Positions 24,918-35,992 are shown, numbered from the stretch's first letter. The stretch is 64,000 nucleotides of DNA from Kiritimatiellia bacterium (GCA_050949565.1 JBMNFY010000017.1:1600001-1664000); one strand, 5' to 3'. Notes: a model not told the origin generated them from the letters alone. Numbers and translations are program-made.

Positions 24918-24935
24918 AAATACCTGTCCCTTAGT
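24918..24935 (-). repeat. RAYT-associated repeat copy (ACTAAGGGACAGGTATTT)
   Basis: AAATACCTGTCCCTTAGT on the + strand, identical to copies at 59244, 61078 and 61206. Confidence 0.85.
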
Positions 24936-25036
24936 GACCATTCCAACTGCCCGCTTCAGGGTAAAATGTTCATTTCATTTTTAACACACGTCATATAATA
25001 TAGTGCCAACTGTGTGGTTTCGGTGTTTTTGGGACA

Positions 25037-28021
25037 GTGCGGGTGAGTGCCCGCCAGAAAAGGAGTATAGTCGGGCTGCTGGCGACAGGCGCTTGGGCGG
25101 CCACTCACACATGGACTGGCAACGGTCCGGACAACAACTGGAGCAGTGTCGACAACTGGGATGCGGCTGGTCTTCCGGTCAGCGCCAGCAACACGACCGT
25201 CCGGCTGGCAAGCAACACGCGCCTCAAGCCGGTGCAGGATATCGCCACGCCGTTCGTCCTCAACCGGCTGGATTACGTGCGCGCCGCGTCGGGCCAGACA
25301 TCCGACACCGCTCTGGCACCGGAGGGCGCCCCGCTGCGCTTCGTGCCGGACGGCGCCACCCAGCCGCGGATTTGGCTCGACCGGTGGGCCAACTGCGACC
25401 TCCGCAATGACATCGAGATTCCGCAAGGGGTGACGCTGTTCGCAGACATCGGTACATGGGTAGTGAACCTTCACGGCTTGATTTCGGGCGAGGGCGGCAT
25501 TGACAAGTTGAATGACGCAGGCGCCATCCGTCTCTATCATGCCGATAACACTTTTTCCGGCGGGCTGATCGTTCGGGCCCCCAATGCCGCGTGGTGCCAA
25601 GTCCATGTGAGCGCAAGCGGTGCCATGGGCACTGGACCGGTCAGTCTTTACGGCGGCACGATCAATACCAACGTCGCCAATGCCGGCGGACTGATCCTCA
25701 ACAATACCACCACGCATACCAACACCATCCTCCTGTTCGCGCACTCGCCGATTCACGGACAGGGTACCATCTCGCTCTCCGGCCCCATCAATCTTGGCGC
25801 ATACACGCTGCATCTGCGCGGCAACGGCACCACCACGGTATCTGGCGTGATCGCCGGCAGCGGCGAGCAGGCGCTGGTCAAGAGTGACGCCGGACGTTGG
25901 ATCCTTGCGGCTACCAACACCTTCACCGGACGTGTCACCGTCAACAATGGCGCCCTTGGTTTTCAGGTTCCCGATGCATGGGCACCGAGCATCCCCCTGA
26001 CACTCACGGGCGGAACCCTCGAACTGAACGGCAAGAACCAGACGCTGGCTGAACTGGCCGGCGCTCCTGGCATCCGGCCTGCCTGTATCACGACCGATGC
26101 GGCGGCTGTGTTGACCGTTGCGCAGGATACGGACACCGTCTTTGAAGGGTCTTTGGCCGGTCCGCTTACGCTCGTCAAATCCGGCACCGGTACCCTTGCG
26201 CTCGGTTGTACCGCGAACACGTTTGGCGGCGACTACGCGGTCAGCAACGGCATTCTGGCCGCGACGGCGTCCGGTGCACTCGGTGTGGACAGTGGGCTCG
26301 ATCTGGCCGGAGGCAAGCTTCATTTAGGGGCTTCCGATTCGATCCGGCGTCTCTTTTACGACGGTGTCCAGCAGCCGCGCGGCACCTACGGCTCAACCGC
26401 TTCCGATGCGCAACACAAGGACGATACGCGTTTCACCGGCACGCAGGTGCTGTCGGTCACTGAAAGCCCGCCGGTCGCCTTCACGTCGTATGTCTGGGAC
26501 GCCGGCGCGGGTACGGACACCGCGCTCGCGACCGCCGCGAACTGGGTGGACGATATGCTGCCGCCCTTCGACGGCACGGCTCTCGCTGTCTTCGGTACGG
26601 ACGGTACTGCGGCGACTGTGACAACGGCGACCAGCCTCTACGGCGTCTCTTTTGATCGCGACGCCAATTTCAACGTGGACGGTACTGCCGCGCTCACGCT
26701 GGGTCAGGGCGGTCTCGCCGCCGCAGACCATACGGCGTGGCGTCATTACACTGTGACCACGCCGCTCACACTAGGAGATTCACAGTCGTGGAATATCGGT
26801 GCCAATGTGATCGTCCAGCTCTCGGGTACAATCAGCGACACGCCCGGCGTGCCACCGATACTGACCAAGACCGGCGCGGGCACTTTGCAATTGAGTGGCG
26901 CAAACACCTTTGCCAGTCCGCTCTCGATCGAAAAAGGCCAGCTACGTATCACGAACGGTGACGCGCTCGGTAGCACGGCAGGCGCCACCACCGTGAGAGG
27001 GGATCTCGGCGGCAAGCTGTTGCTCTCCGGCACCTTCACGTCGGACGAGCCGCTGATCCTCGGCGGTGATCTCAACAACTTCGGTCTTTTACAGCTCGAG
27101 AACGGGAATGTCACCCTGGCCGGTCCCGTGACCATGGTCGCCCAGACCCGTGTCCAGACAGGTGGCGGCAAGACGCTGACCTTCACGGGCGGCATCACGG
27201 GCAACGGAAATGGGTTGCTGGTCGTCAATCCCGACGGCGGAACCATCGCGTTTGTCGACAAACCGATCCGCATTCCCGGGCAGAAACTCTATTTCGACCA
27301 GACGGGATTCTGCGTTATAGCCGTCACGAACAACCTGTGGGGCGAAACATTGGTCAGCGGCGGCACGTTGCGCTGCGACCTGCCGGATGTCCTGCCGCCC
27401 ACAACGCTCATGCGAATCGGAGTCTACTATTCGACAAGCGGCACGCTCGACCTGAACGGCAATGACCAGACCGTCAGCAGGCTCACTTTGGGAACCTTTG
27501 ATCCCGGACAACGCGCGATCAAGAGTGCCACGCCCGCGACCCTCACCGTTCACCAGAACGCGAGCGACGTCCTTGACGTACGCTTTGACGGCGCGGTGAG
27601 TCTGCTCAAGAGCGGCACCGGTACGCTGACGCTCACCAACGCATTCTCGACGACCTCGGGCGGCTTCAGCGTGACCAACGGCACGCTGGCCGTGTCGAAT
27701 GCCGGTACGTTCGGCCCGAACTGCACAAACGTGACGGTTCTCGGCAACGGTACGCTGTCACTGGGCCATTCGACGGCGATCGCCAATAAGGCGGCGGTTG
27801 TGAGGATGCCGTCGGCCGATGTCTCGTCAGCCAAGATCGATCTGGCGGCTGGCGTGGACGTGCAGGTCGGCTGGCTCTTCTACGGTGATGAAAAGAAGCC
27901 CGCTGGCACGTACGGCGCATCCGGCAGCAATGCCCAGAACAAAGACGCAACGCACTTCACTGGCACGGGTAAGCTGACAGTGCTAGGTGACTGTTCGGGG
28001 ACGCTGGTGATCCTGCGGTAA
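25037..28021 (+). CDS. Secreted autotransporter-associated beta-strand-repeat protein
   Basis: Signal-like N-terminus, WTGNGPDNNWSSVDNW, repeated LVKSGTGTL..N.F.G motifs; no visible C-terminal barrel; ends SGTLVILR*. Confidence 0.85.
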   Translation: MRVSARQKRSIVGLLATGAWAATHTWTGNGPDNNWSSVDNWDAAGLPVSASNTTVRLASNTRLKPVQDIATPFVLNRLDYVRAASGQTSDTALAPEGAPLRFVPDGATQPRIWLDRWANCDLRNDIEIPQGVTLFADIGTWVVNLHGLISGEGGIDKLNDAGAIRLYHADNTFSGGLIVRAPNAAWCQVHVSASGAMGTGPVSLYGGTINTNVANAGGLILNNTTTHTNTILLFAHSPIHGQGTISLSGPINLGAYTLHLRGNGTTTVSGVIAGSGEQALVKSDAGRWILAATNTFTGRVTVNNGALGFQVPDAWAPSIPLTLTGGTLELNGKNQTLAELAGAPGIRPACITTDAAAVLTVAQDTDTVFEGSLAGPLTLVKSGTGTLALGCTANTFGGDYAVSNGILAATASGALGVDSGLDLAGGKLHLGASDSIRRLFYDGVQQPRGTYGSTASDAQHKDDTRFTGTQVLSVTESPPVAFTSYVWDAGAGTDTALATAANWVDDMLPPFDGTALAVFGTDGTAATVTTATSLYGVSFDRDANFNVDGTAALTLGQGGLAAADHTAWRHYTVTTPLTLGDSQSWNIGANVIVQLSGTISDTPGVPPILTKTGAGTLQLSGANTFASPLSIEKGQLRITNGDALGSTAGATTVRGDLGGKLLLSGTFTSDEPLILGGDLNNFGLLQLENGNVTLAGPVTMVAQTRVQTGGGKTLTFTGGITGNGNGLLVVNPDGGTIAFVDKPIRIPGQKLYFDQTGFCVIAVTNNLWGETLVSGGTLRCDLPDVLPPTTLMRIGVYYSTSGTLDLNGNDQTVSRLTLGTFDPGQRAIKSATPATLTVHQNASDVLDVRFDGAVSLLKSGTGTLTLTNAFSTTSGGFSVTNGTLAVSNAGTFGPNCTNVTVLGNGTLSLGHSTAIANKAAVVRMPSADVSSAKIDLAAGVDVQVGWLFYGDEKKPAGTYGASGSNAQNKDATHFTGTGKLTVLGDCSGTLVILR

Positions 28022-28136
28022 CAGGAGAAACGAAAAGACGCAGGATTTAGTTTCTTGCCAATTTCTCGTACGCGGTTGATTTTTGGCGAAAAGAGCGCTA
28101 CCCTGTAACCATTCAAGGTGGCTAAAAGGAGGAAAG

Positions 28137-29927
28137 ATGATGAATAGAACAATCTGGTGTGATAACGGATTTCCCAAAGTGGGCATCCGTCCGATTATTG
28201 ACGGCCGACGGCGCGGGGTGCGGGAGTCGTTGGAAACGCAAACCATGAACATGGCCAAAAGTGCGGCCAAGCTGATTTCCGAGAGCCTGACCTATCCCGA
28301 CGGCTCGCCGGTGCAGTGCGTGATCGCGGATACCACGATCGGCGGTTGCGCCGAGGCCGCCGCTTGCGCGAACAAGTTCGAGCGTGAGAATGTGGGGGTC
28401 TCGCTGAGCGTCACGCCCTGCTGGTGCTACGGGACCGAGACGATGGACACGGCGCCCCACACGCCCAAGGCGGTCTGGGGCTTCAATGGCACCGAGCGCC
28501 CCGGCGCGGTCTATCTGGCTGCGATGCTCGCGGGTTATGCACAGCGCGGTTTCCCGGCTTACGGGATCTACGGGCGCGAGGTGCAGGACCGTACCGACAC
28601 GTCGATCCCGGATGACGTGAGGGAGAAGCTGCTGCGCTTCGTCAAGGCCGGGCTGGCGGTGGCGATGATGCGCGGCAAGTCCTACCTTGCCGTGGGCACC
28701 TCGTCGATGGGTATCGCGGGCTCGTTCATCGATCCGGATCTCTTCCAGGATTATCTCGGCATCCGCGTTGAGAATGTTGACATGTGCGAGCTGGACCGGC
28801 GCGCCGTGGAGGGCATCTACGACAAGGCCGAGTACGAAAAAGCGCTGGCGTGGGCCAAGAAGTTCTGCAAAGAGGGCAAGGATATCAACAAGAAGCGACT
28901 CCAGAAATCGCGCGCCGCCAAGGACGCCGACTGGGAGTATGTCATCAAGATGACGCTGGCTCTGCGCGACCTGATGGTCGGCAACCCGGTGCTGGCGGAG
29001 ATGGGTCTCGGCGAAGAGGCGGTGGGGCGTAATGCCATCGCGGCGGGCTTCCAGGGACAGCGCCAGTGGACTGACTACAAACCCAACGGCGACTTCTCCG
29101 AGGCGATCCTCAACAGCTCGTTCGACTGGAACGGCATCCGTGCGCCGTACATCGTGGCGACGGAAAACGACGCGCTCAACGGCATCTGCATGTTGCTGAT
29201 GTATCTGTTGACCAACCGTGCCCAGATTTTCGCCGATGTACGTACCTTTTGGAGCGCGGACGCGGTCAAGCGTGTGACCGGCAAGCGCATGACCGGCCTT
29301 AACGCCAACGGGTTCATCCATCTGCTGAACTCTGGCGCGGCCTGTCTGGATGCCACCGGCAAGCAGCGTTTCAAGGGCAAGCCCACGATGAAGCCGTTCT
29401 GGGAGATCACAGCGAAAGAGGCGGAAGCGTGTCTCAAGGCGACGCGCTGGATGCCGGCCAATGTCGAGTACTTCCGCGGCGGCGGCTTCTCATCCAGCTT
29501 CCTCTCCGAGGGCGGCATGCCGATGACCATGACGCGCATCAGCCGCGTCAAGGGGCTCGGTCCGGTACTGCAGATCGCCGAGGGGTGGTCGACCACACTG
29601 CCGGCGGGTGTATCCGATACGCTCATGGCGCGTACCGATCCGACCTGGCCCTGCACATGGTTCGTGCCGCGTCTGACCGGCAAGGGTGCTTTCCGTGATG
29701 TTTACAGCGTGATGAACAACTGGAGTGCCAACCACGGTGCGATCAGTTACGGTCACATCGGCGCGGATCTGACCACGCTCGCGGCCATGTTGCGCATTCC
29801 GGTCGCGATGTCCAACGTGCCTGCGGAGCAGATTTTCCGCCCGCATGCCTGGGGCCTGTTCGGCGTGGACGATCCGATCGGCGCGGATTATCGCGCCTGC
29901 AAAAACTTCGGCCCGATCTACGGCTGA
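28137..29927 (+). CDS. fucI: L-fucose isomerase
   Basis: [63 protein letters not shown]; RBS AGGAGG. Confidence 0.97.
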   Translation: MMNRTIWCDNGFPKVGIRPIIDGRRRGVRESLETQTMNMAKSAAKLISESLTYPDGSPVQCVIADTTIGGCAEAAACANKFERENVGVSLSVTPCWCYGTETMDTAPHTPKAVWGFNGTERPGAVYLAAMLAGYAQRGFPAYGIYGREVQDRTDTSIPDDVREKLLRFVKAGLAVAMMRGKSYLAVGTSSMGIAGSFIDPDLFQDYLGIRVENVDMCELDRRAVEGIYDKAEYEKALAWAKKFCKEGKDINKKRLQKSRAAKDADWEYVIKMTLALRDLMVGNPVLAEMGLGEEAVGRNAIAAGFQGQRQWTDYKPNGDFSEAILNSSFDWNGIRAPYIVATENDALNGICMLLMYLLTNRAQIFADVRTFWSADAVKRVTGKRMTGLNANGFIHLLNSGAACLDATGKQRFKGKPTMKPFWEITAKEAEACLKATRWMPANVEYFRGGGFSSSFLSEGGMPMTMTRISRVKGLGPVLQIAEGWSTTLPAGVSDTLMARTDPTWPCTWFVPRLTGKGAFRDVYSVMNNWSANHGAISYGHIGADLTTLAAMLRIPVAMSNVPAEQIFRPHAWGLFGVDDPIGADYRACKNFGPIYG

Positions 29928-29995
29928 CTCCGCGCGCAGCGCGGGTGCAGCCGATTTAGGAGTTGAGATTTTTTTATTTGAGCGTCCTTGTGCCT

Positions 29996-31555
29996 CTACG
30001 CGGTCTTGAGGATCGACGCCAGATCCTCGTCTGCCGTCTTAATCGGGGTGAGGCCGAATTTTTCGACCAGTACGTTGAGCACGGCGGGCGAGATGAAGGC
30101 GGGTAGCGTCGGCCCGATGCGGATATTCTTGATGCCGAGCGCCAGCAGGGTAAGCAGGATGCAGACCGCCTTTTGCTCATACCAGGAGAGGATCAGCGAG
30201 AGCGGCAGGTCGTTGACGCCGCAGTCGAAGACTTTCGCGAGCGCCACCGCAACCTTGATTGCGGAGTAGGCGTCGTTGCATTGGCCCATGTCCAGCAGGC
30301 GCGGGATACCGCTGATATCGCCCAACTGGCTCTGCAGGTGGTTGAAGCGGTACTTGCCGCACGCCAGTGTCAGGATCAGCGTGTCCTGCGGTGCTTTCTC
30401 GACGAACTCGGTGTAGTAGTCGCGTCCGAGCCTGGCACCGTCGCAGCCGCCCACCAAAAAGATGTGCTTGATCGTGCCGTCCTTGACCGCCTCGACCACC
30501 CTGTCGGCCACGGAGAGTACCGCATTGTGCGCGAAACCGGTCATCAGCGGTACGCCTCGGGTCTCGTCTTGCCAGCCGCCGAGGCGGATGGCGTGCTCGA
30601 TCATGGCTGAGAAGTCCTTGTGGCCGCTGGCGTCCGCCGCGACATGCGTGACGCCCGGCCAGCCGACTTCGGCGGTGGTGCAAAGGTTCCCGGCGTAGGA
30701 GGGCTTGGGCGGCATCAGGCAGTTGGTGGTGTAGAGCACCACGCCCGGAAGGTCGGCGAACTCCTTCTGCTGATTCTGCCAGGCGGTGCCGAAATTGCCC
30801 TTGAGCTGCGGATGCTTCTTGAGTTCGGGATAGGCGTGCGCCGGCAGCATCTCGCCGTGGGTGTAAACGTTGACGCCCTTGCCGTCGGTCTGCTCCAGCA
30901 ACATCTTGAGGTCGCGTAGGTCGTGGCCGGTGACAACGATGAACGGCCCCTTGTACTGTCCGGTCTCGACTTGGGTCGGCACCGGATTGCCGTACGCGCC
31001 GGTGTTGGCCGCGTCGAGCAGCTCCATACAGGCGAGGTTGATGGTGCCGAACTCCATAATCAGGCTGAGCCACTCTCCGACGCTGTGGTCGTCGCCGAGC
31101 GCCTTCATGCCCTTCTGGAACCAGGCGGAGACGGTCGGGTCGGTCTTGCCGAGCACGCGGGCGTGGGCGGCATAGGCGGCCATGCCGCGCAGGCCGAAGA
31201 GCAGTGTGGCGCGCAGCGAGACGACGTCAGGGTCGCCGTGGAAGAGGTTCTCCGGTGTGAAGGCTGCCGCGCCGCCCGCTATGGCGATCGCCGCGCAGAT
31301 GCGGTCGCGCATGGCCGTCAGGGCGGCAGGGTCGAAGTTCACGTTGGTGACGGTCATGAAGAGCGCATCCATAAAGAGCGCCTCGCATGCCGGGCAGGCG
31401 GGCTTGCCGTCCAAGGCACGCGCCAGAGTCACGAGCCCGGCCGTGATCTCATCCTGCAGGTTGGCGGCTTCGGGGTTTTTGCCGCAGACGCCCATGCGGG
31501 TACAGCCCTTGCCGCCCGCGGTTTGCTCGCATTGGAAACAGAACATATCGTTCAT
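29996..31555 (-). CDS. hcp: Hydroxylamine reductase (hybrid cluster protein)
   Basis: MFCFQCEQT..GCT..GVCGK, YTHGEMLPAH, GGCDG, GQCNDAYS, SWYEQKA. Confidence 0.96.
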   Translation of the reverse strand: MNDMFCFQCEQTAGGKGCTRMGVCGKNPEAANLQDEITAGLVTLARALDGKPACPACEALFMDALFMTVTNVNFDPAALTAMRDRICAAIAIAGGAAAFTPENLFHGDPDVVSLRATLLFGLRGMAAYAAHARVLGKTDPTVSAWFQKGMKALGDDHSVGEWLSLIMEFGTINLACMELLDAANTGAYGNPVPTQVETGQYKGPFIVVTGHDLRDLKMLLEQTDGKGVNVYTHGEMLPAHAYPELKKHPQLKGNFGTAWQNQQKEFADLPGVVLYTTNCLMPPKPSYAGNLCTTAEVGWPGVTHVAADASGHKDFSAMIEHAIRLGGWQDETRGVPLMTGFAHNAVLSVADRVVEAVKDGTIKHIFLVGGCDGARLGRDYYTEFVEKAPQDTLILTLACGKYRFNHLQSQLGDISGIPRLLDMGQCNDAYSAIKVAVALAKVFDCGVNDLPLSLILSWYEQKAVCILLTLLALGIKNIRIGPTLPAFISPAVLNVLVEKFGLTPIKTADEDLASILKTA

Positions 31556-32007
31556 GGTGTACTCCTTGAGGGTGTGTAAGATTTTTTTTGGTTGCGCTTC
31601 ACCGAGCGCACGACGCTCTCCAGCGTGGCGGATTTCAGCAGGGCGATCAGCCGCTCGTTCTCCTTGGCCATCAACTTGCCCAAGACGCAGCCTTCGCCGT
31701 TACAGATTTCCCGCTTCAGCAGACAGCCGGTGTATGCGGGGGAACCCCCCGCCGCCACGTAGATATCCAGCAGCGTGATCTCATCGGCCGGACGCGCCAG
31801 TTGTGCGCCACCGGCCGGACCGCGCTCGGTCTCCAAGATGTTGGCCCGCACCAGTTGTTGCGCCACCTTTGCAAAGTGGTGCGCGGAAAAACCGAGACGT
31901 TTTGAAATTTCCCGCGCCGATAGCTTCTGGCCGGGTTGGTCCGCCAAAATCACGCAGGTGTGCAGCGCAATCGACATCGCCTCCGAAATGTTCAACAGGC
32001 CAAGCAT
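31552..32007 (-). CDS. Rrf2 family transcriptional regulator
   Basis: wHTH with RGPAGG..LARPADEITLLDI and three Cys (CLLKREICNGEGC); directly upstream of hcp. Confidence 0.9.
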   Translation of the reverse strand: MLGLLNISEAMSIALHTCVILADQPGQKLSAREISKRLGFSAHHFAKVAQQLVRANILETERGPAGGAQLARPADEITLLDIYVAAGGSPAYTGCLLKREICNGEGCVLGKLMAKENERLIALLKSATLESVVRSVKRNQKKSYTPSRSTP

Positions 32008-32142
32008 GGTGAAAATCCCTTCCTCTCGCCAATTCGTCATAAAGGTACCAAATTGCCGAATAGCCGTCAATTACCCCCAGAAAAAATTTTTGTGGTAAAC
32101 GTTTGCTGCTTGGCGAGCGTTTAATAGAGCAAAGGAGATGCC

Positions 32143-32979
32143 ATGACGATCATTGAACCGCACATCCACATGCTGTCGCGCACCACGGACGAGTATCAGG
32201 CCATGTACCGGGCTGGCATCCGCGCCTGCGTGGAGCCCTCGTTCTGGCTGGGCACGAACCGCCGTTACGCAGGGTCGTTCTTCGACTACTTCCGGCTGAT
32301 TTTGGAGTTCGAGACCGTGCGCGCGGCGCGTTTCGGTATCGACCACTTCTGCGCGATCGCCATGAACCCCAAGGAGGCTGATGACCGCGGTCTGGCCGAC
32401 GAGGTGATCGACGGCCTGGACGAATATCTCGACCATCCGCGCTGCGTGGCCATGGGTGAGGTCGGGCTCAACCTCAATACACCCAATGAGGAGTACGCGA
32501 TGATCCGCCAGCTCCGCATGGCCGAGGAGCGTAAAATGCCGGTGATCCTGCACACGCCGCACGTGGACAAGCTGCGCGGCACGTTGCGCATTCTGGAGAT
32601 CATCAAGGCTGAAGGGTTCACGGTCGAGCGTATCGACGTTGACCACAACACCGAAGAGACGATCAAGCACACGCTGGACTCGGGGTGTTACGCCGGCATG
32701 ACTGTTTATCCGTATTCCAAGCTCACCCCGCAGCGCGTTTCGGCCATGGTCAAGCAGTACGGCCATGAGCGCGTGATCGTCAACGGTTCGGCCGACTGGG
32801 GCGTTTCCGACCCGCTTTCGCTCATCAAGGTGGTGGCGTACATGCGCGGCGACGGCCACAGCGATGAGGTGATTCGCGATTTGGTCTTCAATACGGCCAT
32901 GCGTTTTTACAGCGCCTCGCCCAACTGGAACCCCAATCTGGACATCCAGCCGCTTGATCCCAGCACCTATCAGCGGTAA
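32143..32979 (+). CDS. TatD-family metal-dependent hydrolase (EboB-like)
   Basis: EPHIHM, GEVG, ILHTPH, DHN, GSADWG; RBS AAGGAG. Confidence 0.88.
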   Translation: MTIIEPHIHMLSRTTDEYQAMYRAGIRACVEPSFWLGTNRRYAGSFFDYFRLILEFETVRAARFGIDHFCAIAMNPKEADDRGLADEVIDGLDEYLDHPRCVAMGEVGLNLNTPNEEYAMIRQLRMAEERKMPVILHTPHVDKLRGTLRILEIIKAEGFTVERIDVDHNTEETIKHTLDSGCYAGMTVYPYSKLTPQRVSAMVKQYGHERVIVNGSADWGVSDPLSLIKVVAYMRGDGHSDEVIRDLVFNTAMRFYSASPNWNPNLDIQPLDPSTYQR

Positions 32980-33156
32980 AACGCCGAACGCTGAACGCCC
33001 AACGAAGGATGGAACTTGAAACCAGAAACCAGAAACCAAATGAAACGGGACGCATTCCCGTTTCGCAATTGGCGCGAAGCTACGGTTGACTAGGGGGGCG
33101 GCGTTGGTTTAATATGTACCAATCTTCTCTAATTGCAGGAGAGTTTTTTAACCCGC

Positions 33157-34164
33157 ATGAACAAGGGAGCAGTCCCCATGATGGAGCAAGCAGGAGTGAT
33201 TCGGGCGAGAGTGTGTGTGTTGGCCGCTGTCTGGATGACGGCTGCCTATGCGCAGGAAGAGGCTCAGCCGGCCGCAGCCGATGAGCAGGCACCAGCCGCT
33301 GTGCAGCAGGAGGAATCCGCAAAAACTTTCATGCCGATGGTGCGTCTGGTTCAAGTTCGCGGTAAGTGCGAGGTGCTGAATCCTGACGTGGGCTCGTACG
33401 AGTCGGCCGTCGAAAACAAGGTGTACCCGCTGGGAACGCGTTTCCGTACCGGTCCGGACAGCTTGGCGACTTTGGTGTTTTCGCGGCAAGAGAGCGCGCA
33501 ACTCGCCAGCAGTACGGAGGTTTGCGTAGAAGCGCCTGACAAGCAGTCGGACAGCCGCGTGTTGCGGTTGATTGCCGGGACCGTCAAAACCAGTCTGCGT
33601 GAAAATCTGCCCGAGGGTAGTTTCAGCATCTGCACGCCCAACGCTGTCAGCAAAAATGTTGAGGGCCGTGGTGAATACACGCTGTTCACCGATGCGGTAA
33701 CGGAGACCCTGCAAATTGCCACCATCACGGGGGCGGCACGCATTGAGGGGCCCCAGTACCACATCCCCGCGTTGCGTGCGGCTAACACCGTCAACATCCA
33801 AACTTCCGTCGACCGCTCATTCAGCCGGTTGACCAGTGTGTCGGGCGATTTTGTGATTATTCTGAATAAAGGCGAGGAGGAGCCGGTTAATTACGGCATG
33901 TCGCCCAAGGCGGTTGTCAAAATCTGGCGCGAGAACGCGCCGGTGGGTGGGCGCCCGGTGATCGCTGCGCTCGTGATCAGCCCTACGGGTATCGCCAAGC
34001 ACCGCTTCGCGTATGCCGAAGGACGTTCGGGAGTCGCGACTGGCGAACTCGTCCAGCCGGGCGCGGAAGAGGATGAGGATCTGCCGGTTCTGCTTTCGAA
34101 AGACAGCGAGAAAGAGAAAAAGGAAGAAGAGGCGGAGAAGAACGAGGCCAGCACCGAACAATAA
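33157..34164 (+). CDS. Secreted FecR-domain-like protein
   Basis: Signal peptide, RTGPDS.A.L.F, LRLIAGTV, TPNA; acidic tail; exact start uncertain. Confidence 0.6.
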   Translation: MNKGAVPMMEQAGVIRARVCVLAAVWMTAAYAQEEAQPAAADEQAPAAVQQEESAKTFMPMVRLVQVRGKCEVLNPDVGSYESAVENKVYPLGTRFRTGPDSLATLVFSRQESAQLASSTEVCVEAPDKQSDSRVLRLIAGTVKTSLRENLPEGSFSICTPNAVSKNVEGRGEYTLFTDAVTETLQIATITGAARIEGPQYHIPALRAANTVNIQTSVDRSFSRLTSVSGDFVIILNKGEEEPVNYGMSPKAVVKIWRENAPVGGRPVIAALVISPTGIAKHRFAYAEGRSGVATGELVQPGAEEDEDLPVLLSKDSEKEKKEEEAEKNEASTEQ

Positions 34165-34185
34165 CTGACTCAGAAAAGGTTCTCG

Positions 34186-34220
34186 GAAAAACCGGCGGCC
34201 TGCGCAGCCTCCGGTTTTTC
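34186..34220 (+). terminator. Probable intrinsic terminator hairpin
   Basis: GAAAAACCGG...CCGGTTTTTC inverted repeat just after the stop at 34164. Confidence 0.55.
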
Positions 34221-34269
34221 GCGTCAAAAGAGTGTTTGCGCGAGTGTTAATTCTTTTGGACTATTAGCT

Positions 34270-35940
34270 GTGTTTATTTACCACTTTAACCGACTCATCC
34301 GTAACCGCATCCTGTGGGGATTCTTTGCCATCATTATCGCAATAGCATTCGTGGCGGTTGATTCGTGTTTTCAGAGCCCACAGGACGCGCAGTCCGCCGG
34401 AATGATCAATGGCAAAAGAATTCCGTATGACCAGTTCGAACAGACGGTCCGGGCGATTCGTGGATTTGGGCGTGACCGTGACAACGAAACCCCCGTGAGC
34501 GTCGTGGACCGCCGCGCGTGGGAGCAGATCGCAGCCCGGCAGACCGCTGAGAAAAACGGCATGGGCGCAGTTGACGATGAGATCCGTAGCGTATTGCGCG
34601 AAGTGCCCGGTTTCCAAGGGCCTAATGGGTTCGACATCAACCGTTACCGCATGATGCTCGCCGAACAAGGCCTCACGCCCGCAATGCACGAAAGCCTGGT
34701 CGCGCATCAGCTCGCGCTGATGAAAAGTGCCGCGCTCGTGGATTCGGCCTCTTGGGTCTCCCCGATGGAACTGAACGATGAACTCGCCGCCATGACGGAC
34801 CGCTTCACGGTGCAGACAGTCACGATCAGTAACCGCTTTGCCCAGACAGAGATGCGCCTCAGCGAAGAGGACCTGCGCAAGTTCTACGAGGAGAACAAGG
34901 ACTCGTTCGCCCTCCCCGACCGCGTTGCCGTGCGTTACATCGCGATTCCGGTCTCGAACTATCTGGCGCATGTCTCGGTGCCCGAGGATGACCTGCTGGA
35001 GTATTACGATAGCCATGCGGACACCTACACCCGCACAACTACCAACAACACGACGGAACCGATCCCTTTCGCCGAGGTGCGTGACAAGATCTTGGCTGAG
35101 CTCCAGCTCGAAGAGGCCCGCTATTGCGCCTCCACGGCAGTCACCTTCACGATCTATGGCAAACTCGCTGATGCCGGCGACAACGCGATGGAGGTCGCGG
35201 CGAAGCAGGCCAAGGTCACGCTCAAGACCTCGCCGCTCTTCGCGGCCGACGAAACCCTGTACTGGGCTGAAAACAGCAAGGAATTCGCAGACGCCGCTTT
35301 TGAACTGGAGCCCGACCGTTCGGACTCGCGCTTTGGCATCGTCAAGGGTGACCAGTTCATCTATGTCATTGAGCGCAAGGATTTTTCAGCCGCTCACACG
35401 CCGGCATATGAAGACGTCCTCAACGATCTGCGGCCGCGCGCACAGGCCAAAGCCCGCAGTGATGCTTTCCAGGATTACGTGAAAGAGCTGCGCACGGAGT
35501 TGAGCACCCTGATGGAACAGGGCAAGAGCTTCGCTGACGCGGCCAAAGCCAAGACGCTTAACGTTTCCACCTCACTCACCTACTCGGTGAACGAGGTTCA
35601 GAACCAGAGCTTCCCCAACAGTTTCTCGATTGCCTATGGTGCCATGTCCCTCCAGAAGGGCGAACTGTCAGAGGCCATCCCGACATCGACCACGCAGTCG
35701 TTGCTGGTTTATGTGCAGGAGCGTCAGCCGGGCGATGCACTGGCCGCCGAGATGATGCGTGCTCAGGTGCGCGCGGGCATCGCGCGCCGCCGCTCGAGTA
35801 ATCTCTTCTCGGACTGGTTGACGTGGAATCTCGCGCAACAGGATTTCAATCCGGCCCGCCCACTCAGTGACGGCGACGGCGATGACGACGAGGACGACGG
35901 AGCCTTCACGGATCCAGATGCGCCTGCGGAGAAAGAATAG
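34270..35940 (+). CDS. SurA N-terminal domain / PpiD-like membrane-anchored periplasmic chaperone
   Basis: N-terminal TM, INGKRI, FQGPNGFDINRY, YEENKDSF..PDRV.VRYI. Confidence 0.8.
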   Translation: MFIYHFNRLIRNRILWGFFAIIIAIAFVAVDSCFQSPQDAQSAGMINGKRIPYDQFEQTVRAIRGFGRDRDNETPVSVVDRRAWEQIAARQTAEKNGMGAVDDEIRSVLREVPGFQGPNGFDINRYRMMLAEQGLTPAMHESLVAHQLALMKSAALVDSASWVSPMELNDELAAMTDRFTVQTVTISNRFAQTEMRLSEEDLRKFYEENKDSFALPDRVAVRYIAIPVSNYLAHVSVPEDDLLEYYDSHADTYTRTTTNNTTEPIPFAEVRDKILAELQLEEARYCASTAVTFTIYGKLADAGDNAMEVAAKQAKVTLKTSPLFAADETLYWAENSKEFADAAFELEPDRSDSRFGIVKGDQFIYVIERKDFSAAHTPAYEDVLNDLRPRAQAKARSDAFQDYVKELRTELSTLMEQGKSFADAAKAKTLNVSTSLTYSVNEVQNQSFPNSFSIAYGAMSLQKGELSEAIPTSTTQSLLVYVQERQPGDALAAEMMRAQVRAGIARRRSSNLFSDWLTWNLAQQDFNPARPLSDGDGDDDEDDGAFTDPDAPAEKE

Positions 35941-35992
35941 GACGCGAGCGCAAAAACAGGTGTCTCGCGTCTCTCGTCGGCAGTGCCGGCGC

